Of a DNA stretch of 32,000 nt, positions 18,317 to 27,546 are shown in pieces; the first letter of the stretch is position 1, and each line of letters starts with the position of its first letter. This DNA comes from Promethearchaeum syntrophicum (GTDB lineage Archaea; Asgardarchaeota; Lokiarchaeia; Sigyniarchaeales; Promethearchaeaceae), in assembly GCF_008000775.2 (NCBI RefSeq), contig NZ_CP042905.2, positions 3,150,001 through 3,182,000 of the forward strand. The letters are read 5' to 3'. The notes below the pieces were generated by a model. The model worked only from the letters and a program-made list of their open reading frames with translations, searched no databases and was not told where the DNA came from. Position numbers and translations under genes: made by a program.

Positions 18317-19312
18317 TCATATAATTATGTAAATGTTATTTCTATCAAGAATACAAGCAAGCAACCAAATAATTAACATATTTACGACCCCAACTATTAA
18401 AATTATACCCCAACCTATTGATTCTGGTATTAATAACAAAGTGAACCCGTATAGAATTCCATGAAAAACATATAAGGCAAACGCATTTTTTCCTTGAGGT
18501 TGAAATATTCTGCTTTTTTTGTTAGTTGACTCATTATTCTCATAAATATCCCATAATATACAAAATAAGATACCTCCAAGGCCGATAGAAAGCGTAATAT
18601 AAGAAATGTTAACTCGCTGTTTACTAATTCCAAAAATGAGAGCTAAAATAACCCCAACTGTAGAGAAAAGAATACTGAACAGAATTATTTTTTTAAGTTC
18701 CTTTTTTTCAAATAATTCTCCAATCACAGTTGCCATTAACATCAAAATTGTCCATCCAAATCCGCCAATGAATCCACCGTGAGAATCTGTTAGAATCATT
18801 TCTGATAAAACAATTGTGTTCTCATCAATAATTAACTCAACAATGCTAAAAAATTGATAAAAAATTAGAAGGTAGATGGAAATGATAAAGCGAACAATAA
18901 TTCGAAAATTAATAAAAAGAAGTGTAAAAATTCCCGCAAATCCTATTGCTTGCAGAACTCCCCATGAAAAAGAGATACCGCTAGGTGAATATGATAAAGC
19001 ACCAAGAAATCCAAATCCAATAAACGCCCCATATCTACGTAAAAATTGTAAATAAGTATTTAATGAACCAAATTTCTCCTTTCTCCTTTTAAATGATTTA
19101 TGATAAGTAAGCGAGATTGTAAAAATAAAAAATGACGCAACTAAATCGACGTAGGTTAATCCAAAATCAGATGTATGTTTGTTCCATGACGGAGTATTAT
19201 TAAAGATACCAATAATATTTACAAAAACCATCGCACTTATGGTTATTCCACGAAACACATCAATAGCAAGCGATCTCTCTACTTTTAAAACCGGCTCTGA
19301 ATTTCTTTCCAT
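18317..19312 (-). CDS. Polytopic membrane acyltransferase-like protein (DUF1624 / heparan-alpha-glucosaminide N-acetyltransferase-like)
   Basis: 331-aa ORF with ~9-10 TM helices. The N-terminal signature RSLAIDVFRGITISAMVFVN is typical of the HGSNAT/DUF1624 family as I recall it. Confidence 0.65.
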   Translation of the reverse strand: MERNSEPVLKVERSLAIDVFRGITISAMVFVNIIGIFNNTPSWNKHTSDFGLTYVDLVASFFIFTISLTYHKSFKRRKEKFGSLNTYLQFLRRYGAFIGFGFLGALSYSPSGISFSWGVLQAIGFAGIFTLLFINFRIIVRFIISIYLLIFYQFFSIVELIIDENTIVLSEMILTDSHGGFIGGFGWTILMLMATVIGELFEKKELKKIILFSILFSTVGVILALIFGISKQRVNISYITLSIGLGGILFCILWDIYENNESTNKKSRIFQPQGKNAFALYVFHGILYGFTLLLIPESIGWGIILIVGVVNMLIIWLLACILDRNNIYIII

Positions 19313-19464
19313 ATATTCTGTTTAGATTTATCATATATATAAGGAATCTCAGATTATTGAATCAATTTTGAAATTGAATATAGTTTAATATATTTTATCA
19401 AATTTAGCTGAAAAAAATTTTTTAATTCTACATATTTCAGTAATAGAGGATTAGTCATATTTAA

Positions 19465-19725
19465 TCATCCACCACTTAACGCTTGGATAATAAATAATTC
19501 ATCTTGATCCTTGACTGTAATAGAAATTTCTTCCACTTGCGTATTGTTTAGAAAGATATTCATATGTTTTCGAATATGATCTTGTTCATCGATAAAACGA
19601 AATTTAATTCCTGGAAATTGTATATCTAAATTTTTTAAAACTTCTTCGATTGTTTTTCCAACTATATTAATTTCGTTCATTCCATTTGTATAGGAGTTTA
19701 AAAGACCCGGGAGTCTCACCTTCAT
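19465..19725 (-). CDS. MoaD/ThiS-family ubiquitin-like beta-grasp protein (SAMP-like, C-terminal GG)
   Basis: 86-aa ORF ending ...FIIQALSGG*. Length and diglycine terminus are typical of MoaD/ThiS/SAMP. Its ATG overlaps the upstream stop as ATGA (19722-19725). Confidence 0.75.
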   Translation of the reverse strand: MKVRLPGLLNSYTNGMNEINIVGKTIEEVLKNLDIQFPGIKFRFIDEQDHIRKHMNIFLNNTQVEEISITVKDQDELFIIQALSGG

Positions 19726-20852
19726 GATTTTACTAACACCTCTAAAGAATAAATTTCAGGTAAATGTCGAATGATATTCTGCCAGTTATCTCCTTCATCA
19801 AAACTAGCCCAAATTTCACCATGTTTGGTTCCAATATATATACCTAAAGGATCTTGGGAATCTTGAGCCATACCCTGTCTTAGGACTGTCATCCATGCAT
19901 TTTCAGTTGGAAAACCTTTGTCTTGACGCTCCCAATTTTTTCCACCATTTGTAGACTTATAAAGAGCAGGTTTACCACCAACACAAGTACGGGGCCATAC
20001 CTCACTTCCATCCATAGGAAAAACCCAAAGAATATTTGGATCTCTTGGATGTAGTAAAAGGGGGAAACCCATATCACCAATATCTTTCGGAATATTCTCA
20101 CCAATGCGCACCCAAAAACCCTCTCTTCGATCCATCCTATACACGCCACAATGGCCTTGCTGATAGATTATATCTGGATCAACTGGACTCATTTGCAAGT
20201 TGTGTACACATTGTCCGTACTCAGGATATGGATCTGGTAAGAAATCAGCTAACACTCCTTTATTTAGTGGGAACCATGTTTCTCCTCCATCTTGTGTTTC
20301 AATATAACCCCCAAGTGACAATGCCAAACAGATATGGTTTTTATCTCTTGGATCAACATTAATTGAATGGAGTATTGGTCCCGCTGGAGTTCCTTCATTA
20401 TCCATCCATTTTTGAGCCTCTGGATAACTATTGAATTTTTCAAAACTTTCCCAATTATCTCCTCCATCCTTAGTGATAAACAATCCTTGCGGTACTGTCC
20501 CTGCATACCACAGGTTCGGCTCAGATGCGTGGCCTGGAGTTAGCCAAAAAATTGATTTCACAACTTTTCCTTTTTTTGAAACCTTATCATTATTTACTTT
20601 TGGAAAAGCGGGAGGATGGGATGATTCTTTCCAAGTTTCACCCCCATCTATAGATCGATATATTGTCGGACCAAGATGTCCAGTTGAAGTAGCCATAAGG
20701 ATCAGAGAACTATTGCGAGGGTCTGGCATAACATGATTTATGATATGTCCAAGTAAAATTGGTTCATGAACCTTCCAGGATTCGCGAAAATCTTCCGAAG
20801 ATACAATAAACGCCCCTCTTTTAGTTCCAACAAGCAAGGAAATTTTTTTCAT
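19722..20852 (-). CDS. BNR/Asp-box repeat beta-propeller protein (sialidase-like / Ycf48-like fold)
   Basis: 376-aa ORF with five Asp-box-like motifs: SIDGGETW, TKDGGDNW, TQDGGETW, STNGGKNW, SFDEGDNW. Confidence 0.8.
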   Translation of the reverse strand: MKKISLLVGTKRGAFIVSSEDFRESWKVHEPILLGHIINHVMPDPRNSSLILMATSTGHLGPTIYRSIDGGETWKESSHPPAFPKVNNDKVSKKGKVVKSIFWLTPGHASEPNLWYAGTVPQGLFITKDGGDNWESFEKFNSYPEAQKWMDNEGTPAGPILHSINVDPRDKNHICLALSLGGYIETQDGGETWFPLNKGVLADFLPDPYPEYGQCVHNLQMSPVDPDIIYQQGHCGVYRMDRREGFWVRIGENIPKDIGDMGFPLLLHPRDPNILWVFPMDGSEVWPRTCVGGKPALYKSTNGGKNWERQDKGFPTENAWMTVLRQGMAQDSQDPLGIYIGTKHGEIWASFDEGDNWQNIIRHLPEIYSLEVLVKS

Positions 20853-21000
20853 ATAAATATTCCGTAAATGGAATTAATATATCTAATGGTTTAGATTGAA
20901 AATATGGTTTCTATATTGAATTTGAATTTCTTTCCAAATATATCGTTTAGATTTAACATTTATATATTGGTTCTGAGAACTATAATTGGAAGTATTTTTT

Positions 21001-22446
21001 ATGGAAATGAAATCAAAATATGATATTGTGATAATTGGGTCCGGACTAGGGGGATTAGGTGCCGGATTGATTCTAACCAAGCAAAATCCAAATCTTCGTG
21101 TTTTAATTGTTGAACAACATACGATTCCAGGAGGCTATGTTACAGGATTCTACCGAAAAGGATATTATTTTGATCCGGGAGCTGAGGGTATTTCCAGTAT
21201 GTATGAAGGTTCCACATTAAGGAAAACTCTTAATGAAATTGGATTTCAGCAGGAATATATAAAGATAGATCCATTAGAAACCTATTATTTTGATGATGGA
21301 AAAAAAATTGCACTGTATTATGATATTGAGAAGTTCTTGATTGAAGTGGAAGCTGCATATCCTGAAGAAAAAAAAGGAACTGAAGATTTTCTAAATGAAT
21401 GCAATAGGATTTTGGGAAAAAAAATGAAAGGTGAAGATATCGAGGAATATAAAGATTGGAGCTTCTATGATCTCCTAAAGAAATATGTAAAAAATGATAA
21501 TATTCTTGATATTTTTAATCTCTTTTGCTTGTGGTTCAGTGAACCAATTAGAAAAATGAAAGCGAAGACTGGAGCAACTTTAGTATCCAATGTAATGAAA
21601 ACTGGAGTAGTTTACCCAAAAGGAGGGATGGCAAATTTTTCAAAAAAACTGGCAGATTTATTCGTATCTAATGGTGGAACAATAATTTATGGAAAGAAAG
21701 CAACGAATATCCTTATCGAAGATCATATCGTAACTGGAATTCTCCTCAATGATGGTAAAGAAGTAAAATGTGATTATGTAATATCAAATGCAGATGTAAA
21801 AAAAACAATGCTCGAATATATTGAGGAAAAATATTTAGATAACGATTATTTGAAATTTATTCGAGATTTAAAACAATCTCATACAGGTGTAATGTTATTT
21901 CTAGGAGTTGATATGGATCTTTCAATGTATCCATCTCATTTCCAAATTAGCGAAGATATTGATGGAATCGATCGAATTAAAAAAAATATTCTGGAAATTA
22001 AAAAACTCGCGGTTAGAATTCCCGCAATTAAAGATCCTAGTTTGTTAAATGATGGAAAATATTCAATAGTAGCATTTTTCTTTTCTCCCTACGATTGGAA
22101 CAATATGTGGAACTCCGGACCAGGTGGAAAACGAACTCCAGAGTACCGAAAATTGAAAGATGACCTTATGAACCAGATGATTACCAAAATTGAAACTATA
22201 ATCCCTAAATTAAAAGAAAATATTGATATTAGAATTTTAGCCACACCGCTCACATTCGATAGATATGTTATGGTCTCAGAAGGTGCATGGTTTGGACCCA
22301 ACAGTTTTTCAAAATTACCAGGAATTAAAACTCCCATTAAGAATCTATTCTTGGTAGGGGCAAGTGTTGAAGGAAGCGGAGTACCTTCTGCGTTATCCTC
22401 CGGTTTTAAGGTAGGAAAAATCCTTTCAGCTATATTTTACAAATAG
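21001..22446 (+). CDS. NAD(P)/FAD-dependent oxidoreductase, phytoene desaturase (CrtI/CrtD) family
   Basis: N-terminal Rossmann YDIVIIGSGLGGLGAG...VLIVEQHTIPGGY and a C-terminal FAD motif LFLVGASVEGSGVPSALSSG. The ATG at 21001 is preferred over the TTG at 20986 in the track. Confidence 0.85.
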   Translation: MEMKSKYDIVIIGSGLGGLGAGLILTKQNPNLRVLIVEQHTIPGGYVTGFYRKGYYFDPGAEGISSMYEGSTLRKTLNEIGFQQEYIKIDPLETYYFDDGKKIALYYDIEKFLIEVEAAYPEEKKGTEDFLNECNRILGKKMKGEDIEEYKDWSFYDLLKKYVKNDNILDIFNLFCLWFSEPIRKMKAKTGATLVSNVMKTGVVYPKGGMANFSKKLADLFVSNGGTIIYGKKATNILIEDHIVTGILLNDGKEVKCDYVISNADVKKTMLEYIEEKYLDNDYLKFIRDLKQSHTGVMLFLGVDMDLSMYPSHFQISEDIDGIDRIKKNILEIKKLAVRIPAIKDPSLLNDGKYSIVAFFFSPYDWNNMWNSGPGGKRTPEYRKLKDDLMNQMITKIETIIPKLKENIDIRILATPLTFDRYVMVSEGAWFGPNSFSKLPGIKTPIKNLFLVGASVEGSGVPSALSSGFKVGKILSAIFYK

Positions 22447-22475
22447 AAATTCTTTATTTTTAAAAAAGAAAAAAA

Positions 22476-23060
22476 TCATAATATGATATCAAAAACAGAA
22501 ATAACAATATAAGCCCAAACAATTAATTTTATGTTAGGGGTTAAAAATCTTATAGTAACTTGTTTCTGATAAGTAAGGTATTCTTCACTGAATAACGGAA
22601 TTAAAATTCTTTTTTCTTCCCGAATTCCATTTAAAACTTGGAAAGTGACGAAAATAAGTGCAAGAAGAAAGCCAAAGACACTTCCCATCATTAAAAATAT
22701 AGCGATAATATTAACAATGAACATTCCATACATCGGATGACGAGTTTTTCCATAATACTTTTCAGTAAGTAATTGCGTAGGTTCTCGATTTTCCCGATTT
22801 TGAACAGCATGATTTACTTTTGATATGAGCCCAATTTGGATAGATGCATACACTATGAGGATACAACCAAATAGTAGATGAACAATGTCCATAATTTTTA
22901 TCTCTAGATCAAGAAAAAATGGAGAAATTGGAAGGGTAAAGAAATAAAGAATATTGTTGAAAATCGGAATGAAATACTCCACACAATAAAAAAAAATGAT
23001 AAGTAGAGTAATTAATACGAATCTACTTGATAATTCTTTTTTTGCATTCAAAATAAGCAT
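22476..23060 (-). CDS. ICMT/PEMT-like membrane methyltransferase (isoprenylcysteine carboxyl methyltransferase family)
   Basis: Polytopic ORF with EKYYGKTRHPMYGMF (the G-x-Y-x3-RHP-x-Y signature of ICMT/phospholipid methyltransferase family proteins). ATG at 23060; the track uses TTG at 23066. Confidence 0.7.
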   Translation of the reverse strand: MLILNAKKELSSRFVLITLLIIFFYCVEYFIPIFNNILYFFTLPISPFFLDLEIKIMDIVHLLFGCILIVYASIQIGLISKVNHAVQNRENREPTQLLTEKYYGKTRHPMYGMFIVNIIAIFLMMGSVFGFLLALIFVTFQVLNGIREEKRILIPLFSEEYLTYQKQVTIRFLTPNIKLIVWAYIVISVFDIIL

Positions 23061-23067
23061 ATCCAAT

Positions 23068-24012
23068 TCACTTCCCCGTATTTCTAATAAACCTTTTTGA
23101 TCGTAAACGAACTTTATCTTTAATCAGATAATAAAACCCACCATACGAAAGAAGGAACAAGACACTAAATATTGCTAAAGTTTCTATCTGTAGTTCTGGA
23201 TCATGATTGAAAAACATAATCCAACCCATCATATTCACCGCAAAAATCATTGTAGTGAAAAACCCGAAAAAGAGCAACATGATAGAATATGCTTTTTGAG
23301 GGCGTGTAATGAAAATATACATTCCAATGATCCCTAAGGGAATAGTAAAGCCTAAATCTAAATACCGGATGACCCAAAAAACGACTGGAGTAGCAGAATA
23401 AGAACCGCTGACAGTATCACCGAATTGCACCACTTCAAACACTTCTTTCAGCCACATCATTGCAAATAGCACTAAGAAAACTATCACAGATAGGGCATAA
23501 ATTTTAATTGTCTTTGGATTAAACTTAGGAACATCCGATTGATTAAAGAGCGGAAGACTAAAAATAATCATAATTAAACCTCCAATGATTAAGATGAGAT
23601 ATATCCAGAAGAATTTTTCAACATTGTAATTTCCTAAAAGTTCGGGGTGATTCCATTCTTGACCAATTCCATAAGATAATCCCGTATAGATTAAAGTTAT
23701 CGCAGGTAAAATTAGGAAATATTTTGCGGCTTCCCGTTTTTTTAGGTGCAAAATTCCACCAACAATACATATTGGGGCTAGTAAAATCAAATTTGCTAAA
23801 TCTTGTCCTAAAACCTGCCAAATCCCGGATTGGGATGTTTTATAATTAATTATATTCAAAAATAGCGGTCCTAAAATTGCGAGTACTACTATTATAATTC
23901 CACAAATAATGCTAGTAATTCCCAATAAAGATCTGTCATATGTTTGAAATTTCTCTTCTTTTTCATCTTTAAAGGCTTTACTAAGGGCTATATTTTTCTT
24001 TTCACTAGTCAT
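23068..24012 (-). CDS. Hypothetical polytopic membrane protein (~8 TM)
   Basis: 314-aa ORF with ATG start. Separated by only 1-7 nt from the flanking genes on the same strand. No family recognised. Confidence 0.65.
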   Translation of the reverse strand: MTSEKKNIALSKAFKDEKEEKFQTYDRSLLGITSIICGIIIVVLAILGPLFLNIINYKTSQSGIWQVLGQDLANLILLAPICIVGGILHLKKREAAKYFLILPAITLIYTGLSYGIGQEWNHPELLGNYNVEKFFWIYLILIIGGLIMIIFSLPLFNQSDVPKFNPKTIKIYALSVIVFLVLFAMMWLKEVFEVVQFGDTVSGSYSATPVVFWVIRYLDLGFTIPLGIIGMYIFITRPQKAYSIMLLFFGFFTTMIFAVNMMGWIMFFNHDPELQIETLAIFSVLFLLSYGGFYYLIKDKVRLRSKRFIRNTGK

Positions 24013-24014
24013 TT

Positions 24015-24238
24015 TTATTCATCTTCAGTAAATATTTGAAATTTTTCATGATTAACATCAAGAAGTAGAGAACCATTATCGAAAATGATTTCCATGATTC
24101 CTTCCGAATGAATTTTTATCTTGGATACTATTCCGATTGAGACATGGAGAACGAATTCATTTTTGATGTTTTGATTCCAATCAATTCCATTAATTTTTGA
24201 TATATCATTTAAATTTAAGATTAAATTATGTTGCTTCA
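24015..24238 (-). CDS. Hypothetical small protein, first gene of a three-gene membrane operon
   Basis: 74-aa ORF from ATG 24238 (the track uses TTG at 24248). Its stop lies 2 nt before the next ATG. No motif. Confidence 0.4.
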
Positions 24239-24384
24239 TGATGTTCAAAAGGAATAATCAGGAAAATATATATAAAGAAATTCTGGAAATTTTCATACAA
24301 ATTTTGATTTCGCGTAGTTACTTCGAAAAAAAAAACTAAAGAGTTAAAAAAAAAAAAAATTCAACAATGATCGAGATTTGTAAT

Positions 24385-25131
24385 CTAATCCTTTGGAGAT
24401 ACCCCTAGCTCCCAAAAATAGCCCCATAAATCATGAAGAAATTGAAATGCGGTTTGATTTTGAGGAGAAATATAAAATCCCTCATTAAAATCGGGAACAC
24501 CATCTAAATTTGGAAAAAATAGAAACCCTCCAGGAATATCAGATAATAATATACAAAACGATAGATCGGATATAATTCGGATTTTTGTTTCCAAATTAAC
24601 TTTGATAGCATCTTGATATTCATCTTTAAATTTAAGGAATGATTCAGGAACAAGATATGACACATTTAAACCTGGTTTTCCCCATGGAAAAGGTTGATTC
24701 GTCATCACTTTGATTTCTTTCTGAACTAATTCAAAATAATCCGAAACTCGCATCATTACTGAACCCGTTCCTGAAATAAGTTCGCTACCGTCCAATGCAT
24801 GTAAGTTTGATAACAAATGAGGTGGTAAACCGTGGAACCCATGGTTTTGAAAAAAGTTATGATTGATGAAAATGAAACGAATCGGTTGCAGAAGCGAAAT
24901 AATTGCAGATCCTAATGATGATAGATTATATTTCTTTGATTTTGGGGATTTTTCCACTAGTTTCTTTTCTGTTAATGAGTTTAAATGGCGAGACATTTCT
25001 GAACTCGAAATTTTCAAAGATTTGGATAATTCTGAAAAGGATTCATCTTGTTCTGAGAGCTTTTGCAATAATTCAATTCGCTTCGGATGCAAAATGTCAT
25101 TAATTAAATCAAGCGGAAATTTTTCACTCAT
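24385..25131 (-). CDS. Winged-helix (ArsR-like) transcriptional regulator with DUF1724/FilR1-type C-terminal domain
   Basis: The N-terminal wHTH (FSELSKSLKISSSEMSRHLNSLTEKKLVEK) is followed by NHNFFQNHGFHGLPPHLLSNLHALDGSELI, which matches the conserved start of the archaeal DUF1724 domain as I recall it. Confidence 0.75.
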   Translation of the reverse strand: MSEKFPLDLINDILHPKRIELLQKLSEQDESFSELSKSLKISSSEMSRHLNSLTEKKLVEKSPKSKKYNLSSLGSAIISLLQPIRFIFINHNFFQNHGFHGLPPHLLSNLHALDGSELISGTGSVMMRVSDYFELVQKEIKVMTNQPFPWGKPGLNVSYLVPESFLKFKDEYQDAIKVNLETKIRIISDLSFCILLSDIPGGFLFFPNLDGVPDFNEGFYISPQNQTAFQFLHDLWGYFWELGVSPKD

Positions 25132-25484
25132 TATTTTATTTCTAATTAGAATAATATTAAATGTTTGTTAACTGAAGCGAATTTCTATCGAAAAAGGATT
25201 GATAATTACTATAGAAACTAAAAGAGCAAAGATTTCCATTTTCAATCCAATGCTAAGCACAATCATAGAGTAAGGATCCTACCTATTGTCTTCATTATCA
25301 TTTTCTTCTTTCAAAATTTCTCTCCTATTACTATTATACCTTTAGTTGCATTTATAGGTGTGTTGGCAGGAAATTTGTTATATATGGTGAGAGTTAAATG
25401 TCCAAACTGCCCTATCCGAGAGCAATGCCAATCTTTTTTTTAAATCTAAAAACGAGAAAGAATACCTCTTAAAACTGCTGTGAC

Positions 25485-26063
25485 TTACTGGAAAAAAAGG
25501 TGTTCTATTAAAATTTTAATTCCTAAAGAAATAAGAACTATCCCACCAAAAATCTCTGCTTTAGCTTGAAACAAAGAACCAAGTTTGTTTCCGAAAGAAA
25601 ATCCTCCTAAGGAAAATAAGAAGGTTCCAAGAAATATGATAAAGATTGTAAGTGGGATATTTAAATCTGTCGCAATTAAGCTGATTCCAGCAGCAAGTGC
25701 ATCAATACTCGTTGCGATTCCCATCGTAATAAGAACCCAGATTGTTAATTTCCTATCCTCACATTCTACTTTATTATTATGTTTAATTCCTTCTGTTATC
25801 ATTTTACTCCCAATAAACGCCAATAATCCAAAAGCGATCCAATGATCGATAAACGCTATTTGTTCAGCAAACAATGTTCCTGTAAAATAACCAATAATTG
25901 GGGTTGTAGCTTGGATAATTGCAAAAATAAATGCCACCTTCAAAGCCATTGATAATTTGTTTTCTACTTTTTGAAGGCCACACGAAACTGAAAGTGCCAG
26001 ACTATCCATACTTAATCCAATGCTAAGCATGATCATAGAAAAAAGAGCAGAAAGAGTTACCAT
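25485..26063 (-). CDS. mntP: Manganese efflux pump MntP (DUF204 repeat)
   Basis: 192-aa 6-TM ORF with the duplicated DUF204 signatures LSMDSLALSVSCG and TSIDALAAGISL. Confidence 0.85.
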   Translation of the reverse strand: MVTLSALFSMIMLSIGLSMDSLALSVSCGLQKVENKLSMALKVAFIFAIIQATTPIIGYFTGTLFAEQIAFIDHWIAFGLLAFIGSKMITEGIKHNNKVECEDRKLTIWVLITMGIATSIDALAAGISLIATDLNIPLTIFIIFLGTFLFSLGGFSFGNKLGSLFQAKAEIFGGIVLISLGIKILIEHLFFQ

Positions 26064-26264
26064 ATTTTATTTCTCACAATAAGACAATGTATTTTAAATG
26101 AAAAAGTTAATTATTATTTAAAGAACTTTCTTAAATATGCCCAAACCTTATAATCGTGGGATATTGAATAAAATTGGGAGAAATAGTGGGGCCGGATAAA
26201 GAATATATTGCTATAGAGACGCAATAATAATTATTTTCAGGATTCCTTGAAGAGTTATCAACGG

Positions 26265-26282
26265 AGTGATTTTTAAATCACT
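26265..26282 (-). terminator. Perfect 8-bp hairpin AGTGATTT-TT-AAATCACT just downstream of the nuclease gene stop
   Basis: The inverted repeat starts 6 nt after the stop codon (26288-26290) and is flanked by T-rich sequence. It could be a terminator or a palindromic binding site. Confidence 0.25.
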
Positions 26283-26287
26283 TTATT

Positions 26288-27535
26288 TTATTGATATCTT
26301 GAAAAAATTTGGTCAAAAGTCCATAGATTAATAAAAGGATCCATTAGTTTTCTATATATTTCAAATGTAGAAACCTTATTAGTTGAAGCGGCTTCTAAAT
26401 TCCCGATTATTAAATATGGTTTTTTAGGTTCCTCTAGTTTTTTTTTCAATGTTGCATTTAGTACAATCCTATAATAGCAATATTTATTATGATAATTCTT
26501 CAGCTGAACACAAGAAGATGCTAAATCAGGAGATATTGTGCAAATATTTGTTCTATATTCATCATCATCTATAAATTCTTTAAATGGTGTTTTAATTTCT
26601 ATTAACACACCATAAAAATCATCAATAAAGAATAAATCAACAAATTTCCCTCCTTTACTAAGAGAATTTACAACAGCAACTGGTGCTTCTGCTTTTAAGA
26701 GAAGATCAATTTGAAAAACACTTGAAAGTATATCTGGATGACATTTGAAGAAATACTGAAAATAACCTTCCCATTTTCTTGTGTGTTGTAATTCTTTAAA
26801 TTTTACATCATCATTTTCTTTAAAAAAATTCCAATAATTCAGAAAATCAATTTTCTTCAAATTTTGTGTTCTAGTCAATAAAATTCTATCATTTAGAATA
26901 TTCTCTAAATGAATTATGTAATTTGGATTATTAATATTAATTTGAGTGTAATTATTCCACTCAACCTCATTTTCAGTTTCTGATATGATAACACAATTTT
27001 TTTCTGATATTTTTGTAAAAGTCCCATTTTCGATAAAATTTTTGAAGGCTGAATCTATTAAGAAAAATTGATATTTGTTATATTCTTCGGAATTAGCTTT
27101 GGATGTTGTAATTCGTTCAATTTCATATATTCCTGATTTTGTATCTAAAATTTTTTCCAATTTGATGATTGGAGTTTTTAAATCAGAAATTACATTAATC
27201 CTAAAGGGAATTTCTTCAAGTTCAATTGATTCATCATATAAAATCTTATTTTTATTTTTCTGAGTGTTATTTTGAAATTTTATTCTAATTTTTTTTTTTC
27301 TAAATTCTTGGGAATTTTGAATAATTCTCAAGCATGAGCAATATGTTTTGTCCTTTTTAGTTGAAAATAGAGTTTGATCTGAATAAATAATTAACAATTC
27401 TTCTCCTAAATTTTTTTTTATCATACTTTTATGATTGGTTTGAAAACCAAATAATTCTGGAACATATATCCAATTTTTATCAATTTCAAATGAAATGTTT
27501 GGGAATCTCGGATTTAAATCTTTGATTTTAACCAT
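26288..27535 (-). CDS. Shedu-like protein: novel N-terminal domain plus C-terminal DUF4263-type PD-(D/E)xK (RecB/NucS-like) nuclease
   Basis: 415-aa ORF. Residues ~245-415 carry KWEGYFQYFFKCHPDIL, VD(300)LFFID, LIE(313)IK(315) and SCVQ(344)LKNY(348), with a terminal PYLIIGN...INLWTFDQIF. These are D / ExK / QxxxY motifs in the SduA-like order. The N-terminal 240 aa are unrecognised. Confidence 0.65.
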   Translation of the reverse strand: MVKIKDLNPRFPNISFEIDKNWIYVPELFGFQTNHKSMIKKNLGEELLIIYSDQTLFSTKKDKTYCSCLRIIQNSQEFRKKKIRIKFQNNTQKNKNKILYDESIELEEIPFRINVISDLKTPIIKLEKILDTKSGIYEIERITTSKANSEEYNKYQFFLIDSAFKNFIENGTFTKISEKNCVIISETENEVEWNNYTQININNPNYIIHLENILNDRILLTRTQNLKKIDFLNYWNFFKENDDVKFKELQHTRKWEGYFQYFFKCHPDILSSVFQIDLLLKAEAPVAVVNSLSKGGKFVDLFFIDDFYGVLIEIKTPFKEFIDDDEYRTNICTISPDLASSCVQLKNYHNKYCYYRIVLNATLKKKLEEPKKPYLIIGNLEAASTNKVSTFEIYRKLMDPFINLWTFDQIFSRYQ

Positions 27536-27538
27536 TTA

Positions 27539-27546
27539 ATCACCTC
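27539..27546 (-). promoter_or_regulatory. Shine-Dalgarno GAGGTGAT for the nuclease gene, embedded in the end of the upstream ORF
   Basis: The minus strand reads ...GCGAGGTGATTAAATG. The SD spans the last codon and TGA stop (27540-27542) of the 899-aa ORF, 3 nt before the ATG at 27535. Confidence 0.5.

Noticed and set aside
18210-18320. N-terminal extension of the hydrolase copy-2 ORF (MKSLLMKLMNSFIFF...) overlapping the stop of the upstream gene
   Set aside because: Copy 1 and copy 2 align from MNKCKSKDG (ATG 18209). Nucleotide identity between the copies ends ~10 nt upstream of that ATG, so the extension is intergenic read-through of the ORF caller.
20883-21080. 65-aa minus-strand ORF spanning the divergent intergenic region and the start of the CrtI-like gene
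   Set aside because: It overlaps the well-supported Rossmann-fold N-terminus of the plus-strand gene in antisense and has a low-complexity, Pro/Asn/Ile-rich sequence. It is likely spurious.
25222-25443. Plus-strand frame encoding a hydrophobic segment plus Cys-rich tail (...PLVAFIGVLAGNLLYMVRVKCPNCPIREQCQSFF*)
   Set aside because: The frame is open for 73 codons, but the only ATG gives a 19-aa peptide and no convincing upstream start or RBS exists. It cannot be supported as a gene from sequence alone.
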